64,000 nucleotides of DNA from Candidatus Latescibacterota bacterium (GTDB lineage: Bacteria > Latescibacterota > UBA2968 > UBA8231). A model generated the notes under the pieces. The model searched no databases, had not been told where the DNA came from, and worked only from the letters and a program-made list of their open reading frames with translations. Where the stretch lies: the NCBI GenBank assembly GCA_965204725.1, contig OZ242005.1, positions 3,680,001 to 3,744,000 on the forward strand, in the 5' to 3' direction. Shown piece after piece: positions 39,165 through 49,481 of this stretch; the stretch's first letter is position 1; each line of letters begins with the position of its first letter. The position numbers and the translations under genes are program-made.

Positions 39165-39905
39165 CTAGCGGAAATGAGCGTCGGCCGCGTGGGCTACCCC
39201 CGGGCCGTGTTGCATCCTCATTAGCTGGCGCTGACGTGTGCTCAAGCCGTCCCACCACTCAGGCGGGAAGCCGTCGTGCGGGTCGAGCTGAAAGACCAGC
39301 ATGTGCTTTCTGTAGTGGCCGAAGAGGGCGTGGCGGTTATGGCTGCCGGTGTTGGCGCCGCCGCCGTGCCAGCACTGGCCGTTAAAGACAAGGACCGAGC
39401 CGGCCGGGGCTGTCGGCTGGACCTCGTGCTGGACGGCAAATCCCTCTGGGGGCGCGGCGAGGCCGCTCTTGTGCGAGCCGGGCACCACGCGGGTGCCGCC
39501 GATCACGGGGCTGAAGTCGTCGAGCATCCACACCGTGTTCATCATCACCGGCGTGTCCATGTTGAGCATATAGACAGGGATGTCGCTGTGTAGGTCTTGG
39601 AAGCCGTCGCCGGGGCGAACGATACGCGAGTTGAGGCTGCCCAAAATCAGCGAGGGCTCGAGAAAGTGTTCGAGAATCGGCAAGACGCGGGGGTGGTCAA
39701 TGCACTGGTGGAAGATGCGATCCATGACCGGGAGATTGGCTACGTGGCGGGCCGAGCCGCGGTGCGTGTGTTCGGTGCCGTGCTCTTGTTCACAGCGGAT
39801 CAAGGCTTGACGCATGGCAGCGGCCGTGTCGGGGTCGAGGACGCTTTCGAGCAAGGTGAAGCCGTAGAGTTCGATTTCTTGGATGGCTTGTTCGAGTTCG
39901 TTCAT
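39165..39905 (-). CDS. Phytanoyl-CoA dioxygenase (PhyH) family Fe/2OG enzyme
   Basis: HSD, WMLDDF, VVPGSH and WHGG motifs. Confidence 0.9.
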   Translation of the reverse strand: MNELEQAIQEIELYGFTLLESVLDPDTAAAMRQALIRCEQEHGTEHTHRGSARHVANLPVMDRIFHQCIDHPRVLPILEHFLEPSLILGSLNSRIVRPGDGFQDLHSDIPVYMLNMDTPVMMNTVWMLDDFSPVIGGTRVVPGSHKSGLAAPPEGFAVQHEVQPTAPAGSVLVFNGQCWHGGGANTGSHNRHALFGHYRKHMLVFQLDPHDGFPPEWWDGLSTRQRQLMRMQHGPGVAHAADAHFR

Positions 39906-39999
39906 AAGAGGTCTCCTTTACAAGGGTTCCTAAAATAAGCCCGCAAAGTTCACTTAGGCAACGTGCAAGGTGTCCAGTAAAAAGCGGTGCTTCCGCCGC

Positions 40000-40710
40000 C
40001 TAGAGGGCCTCGGCGATCATCCGTAGCGACAGGAGCGTGATTACTATCCTGAATACCTTGCGGAAGAGGCTCTCGGAAACCCGGTCGCGCAAGCGCGTCC
40101 CGCTCCACGAGCCGAGTGCCGCGGCGCCAATCATCCCGGCGACGAGCGGCAAGTAGGGCGCGAAGGCGAAGCCGACAAAGCCGAAGACCAAAATTTTGCA
40201 CAGGTGAGTGACGGCCATGACCGTGCCATGGGTAATGACCAAGCGATCCTTGGGCAAGCCCGCGCTGGCTAAGAAGGCACCAGTCAGGGGACCGGCGACG
40301 CCGACGAAGAGGGCGAGAACGGTCTGAAGGGCACCGAAGAGGGCGAAGTGACCGGGGAGGCGAAAAGCGCGTTTGGGCACGGGAACCCAAGTGACGAGGA
40401 GGATGAAGACGCCTAGATACAAGGGCAGGTCGTCGAAGTGAAAGCCGCCGACGACCTGCGCCCCCACGAAAGCACCGAGGACTGCACCGCCCGAGAACGG
40501 CCAGAAGATGCGCCATTCGATATGGTGAAAGCCAAAGAATACGCGGCTGACGTTGGAGGCTAGCTGCACGGCACCGTGGACGGGGATGATGGCCGCGGCG
40601 GGCAGAAGGCCCGGCATGACCGAGATCAGCGCGATACCGCCGCCCACGCCGATGATGGCGGTAAAGGCCGACGTCAGGAAAGAGACGCCGATCAGGAAAA
40701 AGGGGTCCAT
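40000..40710 (-). CDS. TauE/SafE family membrane transporter
   Basis: GVGGG motif; multiple transmembrane segments. Confidence 0.85.
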   Translation of the reverse strand: MDPFFLIGVSFLTSAFTAIIGVGGGIALISVMPGLLPAAAIIPVHGAVQLASNVSRVFFGFHHIEWRIFWPFSGGAVLGAFVGAQVVGGFHFDDLPLYLGVFILLVTWVPVPKRAFRLPGHFALFGALQTVLALFVGVAGPLTGAFLASAGLPKDRLVITHGTVMAVTHLCKILVFGFVGFAFAPYLPLVAGMIGAAALGSWSGTRLRDRVSESLFRKVFRIVITLLSLRMIAEAL

Positions 40711-41736
40711 TCAGTCGGCAAGCACTTCCTCGGCATAGGCGAACAGGGCGGGGTTGCCGCCGGTGTGCAGGAAGATCGCCTCGCCGTCGAGCCTGCCGTC
40801 GCGTGTGTGGGCAAAGAGGCCAGCGAGGGCCTTGCTGGTGTACACGGGATCGAGGAGAATGCCCTCCTTGCGCGCCAAGGTCCGCAGGGCCTCCAAGCCG
40901 GCGAGCGTGGGGATACCATACCCCTCGCCGACGAAGGAATCGTCGTTGTCGAAGTCGGCGGCGTTCATGGCAATGTCGAGGCCGAGGCGACGAGCGGCTT
41001 GGTTGGCGAGGAGGGCCATGTCCTCGTGGCGGCTCTCGACGTTGGCGGTTGGGCAGAAGCCGCGCACTTGGATCGGCGACTCGATATAAGCTAGGCCTAG
41101 TGCCACGCCAGCTTGGGTGGTGTCAAGCGCGCAGAGATAGAGGTAAGACGGATTGATGCCTTGCTTTTGGCATTGGCGGGCAATTTCCACCCCCACTTCG
41201 GCATAAGCGATGGCGTCGAGGTCGATGGTATCTGCTCGGCGCGGCCAGTACGCGTTTTTCCCCTGTGCGGAAAGCTCCTCGACCTTGGCTTGCAGAGCGT
41301 CTTGTTGACCTCGCCGCTCGCCTTCCGCTAGGACGGTGATCTGTGCGCCGAGCAGGTGTTGTAGCAGGTTGTTGCCTTGGGATTGGGTGCGGTCGATTGC
41401 GCGCACTGGCCGGAGGACTAGGTGGAGTTCCAAGTCTAGCTTGGCGCAGGCCGCGGCGAGTTGGCGGCAGTAGTTGGACTGCACGGCCGCGCCCGAGACG
41501 ATGGTATCGGCCCCTTGGGCTAAGGCGTCGGCCAAGGCGAACTCGAACATCCGCGTCTTGTTGCCGCCAAAGGCCAGCCCCGTCAGGTCGTCGCGCTTGA
41601 TGTAGAGAGCAGGGCTGTTGAGGTGGGCAGTTAGGCGCGGCAGCGGCTCCAGCGGGGTGGGACGGATTGAGGCTAGCTGGACGCGAGGCAGTCTGGCGAT
41701 GGCGGCGGTGAGGGCGTTCGCTTTTGCAGGGTTCAT
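40711..41736 (-). CDS. D-cysteine desulfhydrase / ACC deaminase family PLP enzyme
   Basis: KRDDLTGLAFGGNKTR, QSN, LDPVYTSK and HTGG motifs. Confidence 0.88.
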   Translation of the reverse strand: MNPAKANALTAAIARLPRVQLASIRPTPLEPLPRLTAHLNSPALYIKRDDLTGLAFGGNKTRMFEFALADALAQGADTIVSGAAVQSNYCRQLAAACAKLDLELHLVLRPVRAIDRTQSQGNNLLQHLLGAQITVLAEGERRGQQDALQAKVEELSAQGKNAYWPRRADTIDLDAIAYAEVGVEIARQCQKQGINPSYLYLCALDTTQAGVALGLAYIESPIQVRGFCPTANVESRHEDMALLANQAARRLGLDIAMNAADFDNDDSFVGEGYGIPTLAGLEALRTLARKEGILLDPVYTSKALAGLFAHTRDGRLDGEAIFLHTGGNPALFAYAEEVLAD

Positions 41737-41872
41737 GGGAGTCTCCTTGTTGCGGCGCGTGGCAAATGCGCGTCTATGTTGGGGGGTAAGATAAGGGGTG
41801 TCAAGGGTTTGTGAAGGAAGGGGGGGATGCGTAGTTTACGGGGCGGCAGAGCGTGATAGCGAGGGGAAAAGC

Positions 41873-42715
41873 ATGAAGCACGTTCACATCAATGATTTGA
41901 GCCAAGAAAACTCCCCAGTCTTTTCGGGACTGGAGCGACAGACGCTGTGGTTTGCATTCGACTATTGGGCACTGAAACCAAGGGAAGTGCGCCCGGTGGA
42001 AGATACGTGGCTAGCTTGTGAACAAGGCTATGTGTTTATGGGCGGGTCGGTGGAGCTGACAGTGCGGCAGCAGCGAGTAGAAAGCGGCGAAGGGGCCGGT
42101 TTTATCGTCGAGCCGACTAGGTCCGACCTCGTGCTGAAAAACTTGACCAACACGTTTGTCCATGTCCTGCGCGCCCGCGTGGCGCTGTCGGACTTTCGGC
42201 GGCCAGTGCAAATGGTGCTCCAGCGCGCTGCGCCGGCTGTGGGTATAGAGACACGGGGCATCCAAGTAGAGGTAGCACCAGATGTGCTGCCCAAAGCCGG
42301 AACCTTTGACGCGCAAGCCCTAAAGTGGCGCGACGCAATTCACGGCGGCTGTGGTCAGATCGCCACTCGGCACGTGCTGTCGCCCGAGGATTTTTATAGC
42401 GACTGGACTTTTCTCGACCATGCGATCCTCGCCCCGGATAGCTCCGTCGGGTATCACTATCACAACGAGTTAGAGGAGAGCTTTGTGGTGCTGAGGGGAA
42501 CGGGTTGGATGACGATTGCCGGTGAGACTTTTGCGGTGAGGCCGGGATCGGTTACTTGGCAGGGCATTGGGCAGGGACACGGCATCTACAATCCCGGTCC
42601 CGAAGAGTTGGAGTTTGTGCGCATTGCCGTGAAGCAAGCACGCAAAGCATACACGACCATTGACTTGCACGACGATTTATCGGCGCGCAAGCCGACTAGA
42701 GAAAGGAAATCATGA
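41873..42715 (+). CDS. Cupin domain protein
   Basis: GYHYHNELEE...HGIYN cupin motifs in the C-terminal half. Confidence 0.8.
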   Translation: MKHVHINDLSQENSPVFSGLERQTLWFAFDYWALKPREVRPVEDTWLACEQGYVFMGGSVELTVRQQRVESGEGAGFIVEPTRSDLVLKNLTNTFVHVLRARVALSDFRRPVQMVLQRAAPAVGIETRGIQVEVAPDVLPKAGTFDAQALKWRDAIHGGCGQIATRHVLSPEDFYSDWTFLDHAILAPDSSVGYHYHNELEESFVVLRGTGWMTIAGETFAVRPGSVTWQGIGQGHGIYNPGPEELEFVRIAVKQARKAYTTIDLHDDLSARKPTRERKS

Positions 42716-43682
42716 ACCAGACCAATACAGTACAGCGCATGGCCGAGGCGGCCGGCAACTTCCTCGCGTCCTTAGATGCGGCCGGCCGGCAGAAGGCGGT
42801 GATCGATTTTGCCGACAGCACGGAGCGCGAAAACTGGCACTACGTGCCGCGGGAACGCGCCGGATTACCGCTAAAGGAAATGGACGAGCGCCAGCGGGCG
42901 CTCGCACACGCATTGGTAGTGACCGGAGTCAGCGCGTCAGGGTACGAAAAAGTCTCGACGATCATTTCGTTGGAGCCGATACTGGCCGAGTTGGAGGGGG
43001 CTGGGCGACGCTTCCAGCGCGACCCCGCGCTGTACTACGTGAGCATTTTCGGCGAGCCGGGTGGAGACGCGCCTTGGGGCTGGCGTTTTGAGGGCCACCA
43101 CGTCTCGCTCAACCACACGGTGGTAGAAGGGCGGATGCTGGGGTCAACGCCGTTGTTTTTTGGCTCAAACCCCGCCGAGGTGCGCCACGGCGCGCAAACA
43201 GGGCTGCGGGCCTTGCGGGAGGAGGAAGATCTAGGGCGTCAGCTCTTGCACGAATTGGACGGCGAGCAGAAAGCGGCAGCCATCGTCCATGCCGAGGCCC
43301 CAAGCGACATCCTCACGACCAACGCACCCACGTGCGCGACGAAATCGCGCCCAAGGGCTTGGGCCGCGCAGATATGAGCGCGGCGCAGTGCCAGATTTTG
43401 GACGCGCTGATCGAAGTGTACGTCCAGCGCCTGCCCGAAGCCGTGGCCGAAGCCGAGTGGGTGCGCCTCAAAGCCGCAGACTTGTCGGCCGCGCACTTTG
43501 CTTGGGCCGGTGCAGAGGAACGGGGAGGGCCGCACTACTACCGAGTGCAGGGGCCGAGCTTTTTGGCCGAGTACGACAACACCCAAAACGACGCCAACCA
43601 CATCCACGCGGTCTGGCGCGACCTACACAACGACTTCGGCGAGGACATGCTCCGGCGACACTATCGGCTGAGCCACACTTAG
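42712..43682 (+). pseudogene. DUF3500 family protein split by a 1-bp frameshift near 43330
   Basis: WGWRFEGHH in the first ORF; FAWAG...YYRVQG...EYDN...NHIH.VWRD in the second frame. Confidence 0.8.
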
Positions 43683-43703
43683 GGCCGCGCCGCATCCCCC
43701 TTC

Positions 43704-45845
43704 ATGCTTGGAGAGATTTCTTTGACCGTTACGGCCGTCTTCAGTTTACGCGCCGCGTTCTACGAACAACTGCACTGCCGCTACCCGCGCCGCGAGTTCG
43801 ACAACTGGCAGGTCTGGGGCGGCAACCTGACCCTTGAAATCGACGGTCGGATTTGCGAGCCGCCCCTCGCTAGGGCCTATATCGAGCCGGGCACAACAAC
43901 GGCTCGCGCCCGGGTGCGTTGCGAGCTTTTCGTCGCGGCCGTTGACCTGCATCAAGTTCAGCCGGGCGATGTGGATGCGCGGCTGTGGACCGATGCCAAT
44001 GAGACCAACGCCTATATAGAGATGCGGCTGCTCATCGACGCGGAAGGCACGCCCGTGCTCGCCGGCAACAACCTCGTCTTTGAGTCGGCCGCTTTCGCGC
44101 TTGAGCGCACAGGCACCTTCAACTACGCGGTGGAGTTCTCCGCCGACAGCTACGCCGAGGCCGGGCGCAAGGAATGGGTCAGCCTCAACGATTTGGCCGA
44201 AAATCGCGACGGGATCGTGGTCGTCAGCCCGGAGTGGGTTCGCAAGGGGCCGACGGTCGCCGAGGTATGCGCTCGCAAAGTCGGCGCACGGGTCGTTGGA
44301 GGCCGCTTCCGCTCGGGTCGGCTCGCCGAACTGACGCGGCGGCTAGACGCCATTGCGGCCGACGTGATTTACCTGTTGCCCTTTTTTCGCCCGGGTTTTG
44401 CGGACCTGCACACCGGCGAGGACGTGCGCAAGGGCACCCTCGGCAGCGTCTATGCGGTGCGGGACTTTTTCCAAATTGACCCCGCGCTCGTTTCGCCAGC
44501 CGAGGAAGTGGATTGGGGGTCGCTGGTGGCGGAAGGTCTCGTGCGCCCCAGCGAGCTGGAAGGTCTCGCCGGACTGTCGGCGGCCCAAGCGGAAAAGGCC
44601 CTCGGCCGCCAAGCCTTCGTCCAGCTCGTCGGTCGCGCCGAGCTGCGGGCGCTGACCAAGCGGGCACACGCCCTCGGCAAGAAGGTCATCTTCGACTTGG
44701 TGCTGATGCAGAGCAGCCGCGACTGCCCGCTGATCGTTGAGCACCCCGAATGGTATTTGCGCGATGAACGCGGGATGCCGCAAATCCATCAGATCGCTTG
44801 GCTGGTCTATTCGGACGTGGCGCTCTTCGACTTGGTTTACAATCGGCCATTGCAGGAATACCTGCTGGCGATCGCCCCGTATTGGATTGAGCAATGCGGG
44901 TTCGACGGGGTGCGGATCGACGCCAGCCAGACCATTGATCGGCCTTTCCTCAAAAAGCTCAAGAACCGCATTCAAGCGACCGCGCCCGAGGCGCTCGTGC
45001 TGGGCGAGACCCTGTGCCCGCTAGCCGAAGCCGTGGATGTCCCGGCCGACGCGATCTACGCGCTCTTGGTTGACTTTCACCGCGATGTCGAGTACGCCCA
45101 GCCCCTCATTGATTTCCTAGAGGAGATGAATCGCACCTTCGCGGCCGGCACCGTGGCCATGGCTTACTTTGAAAACCACGATAGTCCGCGCGCCACCCGC
45201 GTGTGGCACGAGCGGTTCCGGGAACTTTTGCACGGCGACGAGCAGGCGCGGTCGTACTGGCAGGGCCTGACCTGTCCCATCCAGCCCGACCCGGGAGACC
45301 GCGCCCTGCTGATGGCCCTGCTCAAGAACTTGCAGGCCGCCCTGATTGATTGTTCGGCTGGCTCGGCCGCTGGGTGCAATCTGACGCGGGGTTTGGAGTT
45401 GGGCAGCGAGTGGGGCGAGGAAACGCGCACGGACTTTGAAAACGAGACCCTTCTGCATTTCGACCAAGCCGAGCGCGAGCCATACGCCAGTCTAGTCAGG
45501 GCCTACGAGCGTCTCTTCGCGCTGCAAAAGGAATGGCCGGAATTTTGCGACGGAGCGATCTACTTCCACCGCAACGAGTTCGCCGGCGGCGACCCAGACG
45601 ACCGCGTTTTGGCATACGGGCGCTATACTGAGCGGAGCGCGCTATTGGTGGCGCACAACTTCGATCCGCGCACCGTGCGGCGGACCTGCTACCGCTTTGA
45701 TTACCTGCCGCAGCCGCCCACAGCGCGCCAAACGTGCTTCGACTCGTACGAGGCCCTTGCGGTTGAGGCGATACCCGCCCGCGACGAGGTCTGGGAGGTC
45801 CGCCTCATGCCGTTACAGACGAAGGTGTGGCGGCTTTGCTGTTAA
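43704..45845 (+). CDS. Alpha-amylase (GH13-like) catalytic domain protein
   Basis: GSVYAVRDF, DGVRID, LGE and ENHD catalytic motifs. Confidence 0.8.
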   Translation: MLGEISLTVTAVFSLRAAFYEQLHCRYPRREFDNWQVWGGNLTLEIDGRICEPPLARAYIEPGTTTARARVRCELFVAAVDLHQVQPGDVDARLWTDANETNAYIEMRLLIDAEGTPVLAGNNLVFESAAFALERTGTFNYAVEFSADSYAEAGRKEWVSLNDLAENRDGIVVVSPEWVRKGPTVAEVCARKVGARVVGGRFRSGRLAELTRRLDAIAADVIYLLPFFRPGFADLHTGEDVRKGTLGSVYAVRDFFQIDPALVSPAEEVDWGSLVAEGLVRPSELEGLAGLSAAQAEKALGRQAFVQLVGRAELRALTKRAHALGKKVIFDLVLMQSSRDCPLIVEHPEWYLRDERGMPQIHQIAWLVYSDVALFDLVYNRPLQEYLLAIAPYWIEQCGFDGVRIDASQTIDRPFLKKLKNRIQATAPEALVLGETLCPLAEAVDVPADAIYALLVDFHRDVEYAQPLIDFLEEMNRTFAAGTVAMAYFENHDSPRATRVWHERFRELLHGDEQARSYWQGLTCPIQPDPGDRALLMALLKNLQAALIDCSAGSAAGCNLTRGLELGSEWGEETRTDFENETLLHFDQAEREPYASLVRAYERLFALQKEWPEFCDGAIYFHRNEFAGGDPDDRVLAYGRYTERSALLVAHNFDPRTVRRTCYRFDYLPQPPTARQTCFDSYEALAVEAIPARDEVWEVRLMPLQTKVWRLCC

Positions 45846-45853
45846 TTTCTTAC

Positions 45854-45955
45854 TACACGACACCAGTCGCTATCCTGCTAAGGATCGAGGGCATCTTGCC
45901 CTCGTTGAGGGCGGGACGCCCTCGATCCCGGACATAGCGGCAACACCAGAAAAGA
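45854..45955. repeat. Palindromic MITE/REPIN-like element, copy 3
   Basis: TACACGACAC followed by GGATCGAGGGCATCTTGCCCTC-GTT-GAGGGCGGGACGCCCTCGATCC. Confidence 0.8.
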
Positions 45956-46021
45956 CATACGCAACGTTAGGTCACGCACTAGGCGTAACGTCTGTTTTTA
46001 ACCTCAACAGGAGAACTCATC

Positions 46022-46831
46022 ATGGCGAAAATCGGCGCGATTCACTACAACTGGCCCGGCTGCGACTTAGAGGGCTTCGCTCGGCGGGCCAGCGAAATCG
46101 GCTATCGGTACTGCGAGTTGCAGATTGGCGATATATGGGATGGCGAGTCCAAAAACGGTGAGCAGACGGCCGCGGCCACGCGCGAGTTATTGGCCCAATA
46201 CGGGATGCAAGCCTCGGCCGTAGCAGCGGGCAACGACTTTTTGCAAGCCGACCGCGGCGACTTGGACGCGCAAATTGAGCGCTACCGCTACGTCTGCCAG
46301 ATCATCTCCATAACCGGCACGGACATCGTGCGCTCGGACGGCGGCTGGAACCGCAACGGCGACGTGCCAGAAGACCAGTGGGACGGGATGTTGCTCGAAG
46401 CCTTCAAGCGCTGCGCCGATTTTCTCGAGGAGTACGATGTGCGGATTGCCCTCGACAATCACGGCGTTTCCACCAACGATGGCGACTGGCAGCTCAGCCT
46501 GATCGAGCGCGTTGGCTCAGACCGGCTCGGCGTCAATTTGGATACGATGAACTATCGCTGGTTCGGGCACGAGTTGGACCAAATCGACCGCTTCTATGAA
46601 ATACTGGCGCCGCACGTTTTCCACACCCACCTAAAGGACGGCACTGGCTCGCGGCAAAACTACAAGGGGGCGGCCTTGGGCGAGGGCGAAATCCACCTCG
46701 GCCACGCGGTCGAATGCCTCAAGGCGGCTGGCTACGACGGGGCTTGGACGGCGGAATACGAGGGGCCGGAGACCGAGGGGCAGGTGGGATACGAAAAGTG
46801 CTATCAATGGCTGGTGGAGAACGTGTCCTGA
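46022..46831 (+). CDS. Sugar phosphate isomerase/epimerase (xylose-isomerase-like TIM barrel)
   Basis: DNHG, NLDTMN, HTHLKD and EYE motifs; AGGAG RBS. Confidence 0.85.
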   Translation: MAKIGAIHYNWPGCDLEGFARRASEIGYRYCELQIGDIWDGESKNGEQTAAATRELLAQYGMQASAVAAGNDFLQADRGDLDAQIERYRYVCQIISITGTDIVRSDGGWNRNGDVPEDQWDGMLLEAFKRCADFLEEYDVRIALDNHGVSTNDGDWQLSLIERVGSDRLGVNLDTMNYRWFGHELDQIDRFYEILAPHVFHTHLKDGTGSRQNYKGAALGEGEIHLGHAVECLKAAGYDGAWTAEYEGPETEGQVGYEKCYQWLVENVS

Positions 46832-46833
46832 GC

Positions 46834-47625
46834 CTACGACCCCGTCCCCTGATACGACCTGATCCCTAGCTTCCAAAACTGGTAGGTTGCCGCAAACAGC
46901 AGGATTGCCACCAGCGGCGAGAACGCGCCCCAATGGCCGTCGGCCCCGCTCTTGCCCAGCAAGTACAGGGCCGGATAGTACGCGACAAACGCATAGGGGA
47001 CGATAAAGGTGAGAAACCCCTTGAGATACGGCCCGTAGATGCTGAGGGGATACCGCGTCAATTCGTACAGGCCAATCACCAGATTGCACAGAGCGTTGGT
47101 GCGCGTGACCCAAAAGGACATGGAGCCAAAGAAAAGCATGATGGAGAACCAGATCAGGTTCCCGGCGAGGACGAAGACGATCACCAACCCAACCTTGAAG
47201 ACGTCCCACTGTACCTCGGCGAGTTGGCCGGCGACCACCAGATAGAAAACCCCAATGATCAGGTTGCCCAAGCCGAGCGGCGTGTAGCGGCGAGCCACCA
47301 TGTAGAACAGGGTGTTGACCGGCAGGCAGAGTAGCTGGTCGAGCGTGCCTTCCCGTATGTACTGCTCCATGTAAATGACGCTGTTGGTGAACGCATGGTG
47401 GAAGCTCATGCCGATGATGGAAAGCGCGTAAAGAAAGAACAACTCGCGGAACGTCCACCCGGCAATCGCATCGACATGGGTGAAAACCACCCCGATGGTC
47501 GCCAGCCCCGCGGCCGTGGTCGCGATGATGGAGATGAACGAGAGCCAGAAGCTAGTCTTGTATTCCAACATGCTCCGCAGGTGGCTCGTGAAGAGGAAAC
47601 CGTACAATGCCGCGTACCTACGCAC
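46834..47625 (-). CDS. ABC-2 family permease (DUF990-like)
   Basis: GTLDQLLCLP and YPLSIY motifs; GTG start with GGGAGG RBS. Confidence 0.85.
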   Translation of the reverse strand: MRRYAALYGFLFTSHLRSMLEYKTSFWLSFISIIATTAAGLATIGVVFTHVDAIAGWTFRELFFLYALSIIGMSFHHAFTNSVIYMEQYIREGTLDQLLCLPVNTLFYMVARRYTPLGLGNLIIGVFYLVVAGQLAEVQWDVFKVGLVIVFVLAGNLIWFSIMLFFGSMSFWVTRTNALCNLVIGLYELTRYPLSIYGPYLKGFLTFIVPYAFVAYYPALYLLGKSGADGHWGAFSPLVAILLFAATYQFWKLGIRSYQGTGS

Positions 47626-47627
47626 AC

Positions 47628-48458
47628 TCAACCTCCCAAGATGACGATCTTGCGTAGAGCCTTCTTCCACAGCACTTGGGACAAGCCCAGCATGATGAGG
47701 ATCCACGTCACCTGCTCGGTTATCAGCAATAACTCGTAGCTCGGCACGTGCGCGAGCAAGCTGTCGTACAGGGCGTTGTCTTGAGGGGCGACTCCGAGAT
47801 AGATGGCCAGCGGACTGTAAAAACAGCCCTTGAACGGCATGAGGACCAGCGCGTCGCGCAGGAAGGCCGGGTAGAAATCCAGTGGCATAATGCTCCCGGC
47901 ACAGAACGCCATGAACGCGTTTTTGAACTGGTTTACGCCGAAGGTCTGGGTGATCCAAAACGAGACGCAGCCCAACGATAGGTCAATGAGGAAGTACATC
48001 GCGAACCCCAGCCCGCAGCTAAGGGCCGCCAGCAGCAGGCGCGTCGGCTCGAACGGGATGGCTATGTCCAAGAGGTAGCCGAAGAGGATGAACACGGGCA
48101 CCCCTTTGAAGAACAGATTGAAGAGGGCCTGCCCGACCGCAGTGTATAAAACGATCCGTTGATAGCTCGTGGGTTTGATCAGTTCAGGGGCGATGTCGCC
48201 GGTATAGACTTTATCGCCGATCATTATGTTTACGTCTTGCCGCACGATAAAGCCGATGAGCGTTGAGACGAGCGTATAGGCGACCATGGAGGCCAGCGAT
48301 ATGCCCGCTATTTCCGCTCGCCCAGCGTATATCGCGTGCCATAGGTAGTAGAACGACAGCAGGTACACACACCCGACGGATACGTCGGCCAAAAATTGCG
48401 TTCTATACGTCAGCCCTTCTAGGAAGGTTATTTTTACCAGCCCGATGAAGCGGTTCAT
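47628..48458 (-). CDS. ABC-2 family permease (DUF990-like)
   Basis: GDIAPELIKP and GSIMPLDFYP motifs; ends GG. Confidence 0.85.
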   Translation of the reverse strand: MNRFIGLVKITFLEGLTYRTQFLADVSVGCVYLLSFYYLWHAIYAGRAEIAGISLASMVAYTLVSTLIGFIVRQDVNIMIGDKVYTGDIAPELIKPTSYQRIVLYTAVGQALFNLFFKGVPVFILFGYLLDIAIPFEPTRLLLAALSCGLGFAMYFLIDLSLGCVSFWITQTFGVNQFKNAFMAFCAGSIMPLDFYPAFLRDALVLMPFKGCFYSPLAIYLGVAPQDNALYDSLLAHVPSYELLLITEQVTWILIMLGLSQVLWKKALRKIVILGG

Positions 48459-49444
48459 TAGTGTATCCGCTCGTGGTACAAGCTCTTGACGATGGTGCCG
48501 ATTTCCGGCTCCTGTACGACGAGATCGCGCACGTCGTTGTGAGCGGCGATCTCGGTGATCAAGCGAGTCGTAGAGAGCTGATCCCCGTCGAATTCTATCT
48601 TGAGCTTGTTGCCTTGGCTTTCGACGACGGACATGGCACTCAAGCGGTCGAGATGCTGCGGGGGATGGGCTAGTTCCAAGGTCATGATCCGCGTCTTGCC
48701 CGAGATGTTTTTGAGCTTTTCGAGGCTGCCGTCAAACAGCTTCTGGCCCTTGTCGATGACGATAATCCGCCGACACAGCTTTTCCACTTCCTCTAAATCG
48801 TGACTGGTAAGTATGATGGAGACGCCGTGCTCGCGGTTCATGTAAACGAAGAATTCGCGGAAACGTTCCTTGACCACGATGTCCAAGCCGATGGTCGGCT
48901 CGTCGAGATAGACTATCGGGGGCTTGTGCAGCAGGGAGAGGGCCATGTCGCACAGCATCTTCTGCCCCAAGCTCAAGCTGCGGGCGTTTTTGGCGAGCAA
49001 GTCGCCGAGGCCCAAAATAGACGCGAAGAGTTCCATCTGCTGTCGATAGAGCGAGTTGGAAAGGCTGTATAGCCTGCGGTGGAGCTCAAACGACTCGATG
49101 ACCGGCAAGTCCCAACGCAGTTGCGAACGCTGACCGAACACCACGCCGATATTCCGCGCATTCTCGATGCGTTTCTCGTAGGGTTCGATGCCCAAGACCT
49201 CAATGCGGCCGGCCGAGGGCGTGAGAATGCCAGTCAGCAGCTTTATGGTCGTTGACTTGCCCGCGCCGTTGGGGCCGAGGTACGCGACGATTTCTCCAGC
49301 CTCGATGGCAAAGTTTATATCTTGGACAGCGTGTATGAGGGAGGTCCGCGGCCAGAACAGGCTTTTGAACGCGCCTTTCAGGCCCGGGTCTTTCAGGGGG
49401 ATTTTATACGATTTGGATAGGTTGCTGACCGTGATGATCGACAT
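48458..49444 (-). CDS. ABC transporter ATP-binding protein
   Basis: GPNGAGKST, LSLGQ and LDEPT motifs. Confidence 0.95.
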   Translation of the reverse strand: MSIITVSNLSKSYKIPLKDPGLKGAFKSLFWPRTSLIHAVQDINFAIEAGEIVAYLGPNGAGKSTTIKLLTGILTPSAGRIEVLGIEPYEKRIENARNIGVVFGQRSQLRWDLPVIESFELHRRLYSLSNSLYRQQMELFASILGLGDLLAKNARSLSLGQKMLCDMALSLLHKPPIVYLDEPTIGLDIVVKERFREFFVYMNREHGVSIILTSHDLEEVEKLCRRIIVIDKGQKLFDGSLEKLKNISGKTRIMTLELAHPPQHLDRLSAMSVVESQGNKLKIEFDGDQLSTTRLITEIAAHNDVRDLVVQEPEIGTIVKSLYHERIH

Positions 49445-49481
49445 TTCCCGTTCCTTTCTGGAAGGGGGAAACTGGAGCGGC

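Noticed and set aside
43320-43380. Programmed ribosomal frameshift in DUF3500
   Set aside because: No slippery sequence or evident stimulatory structure.
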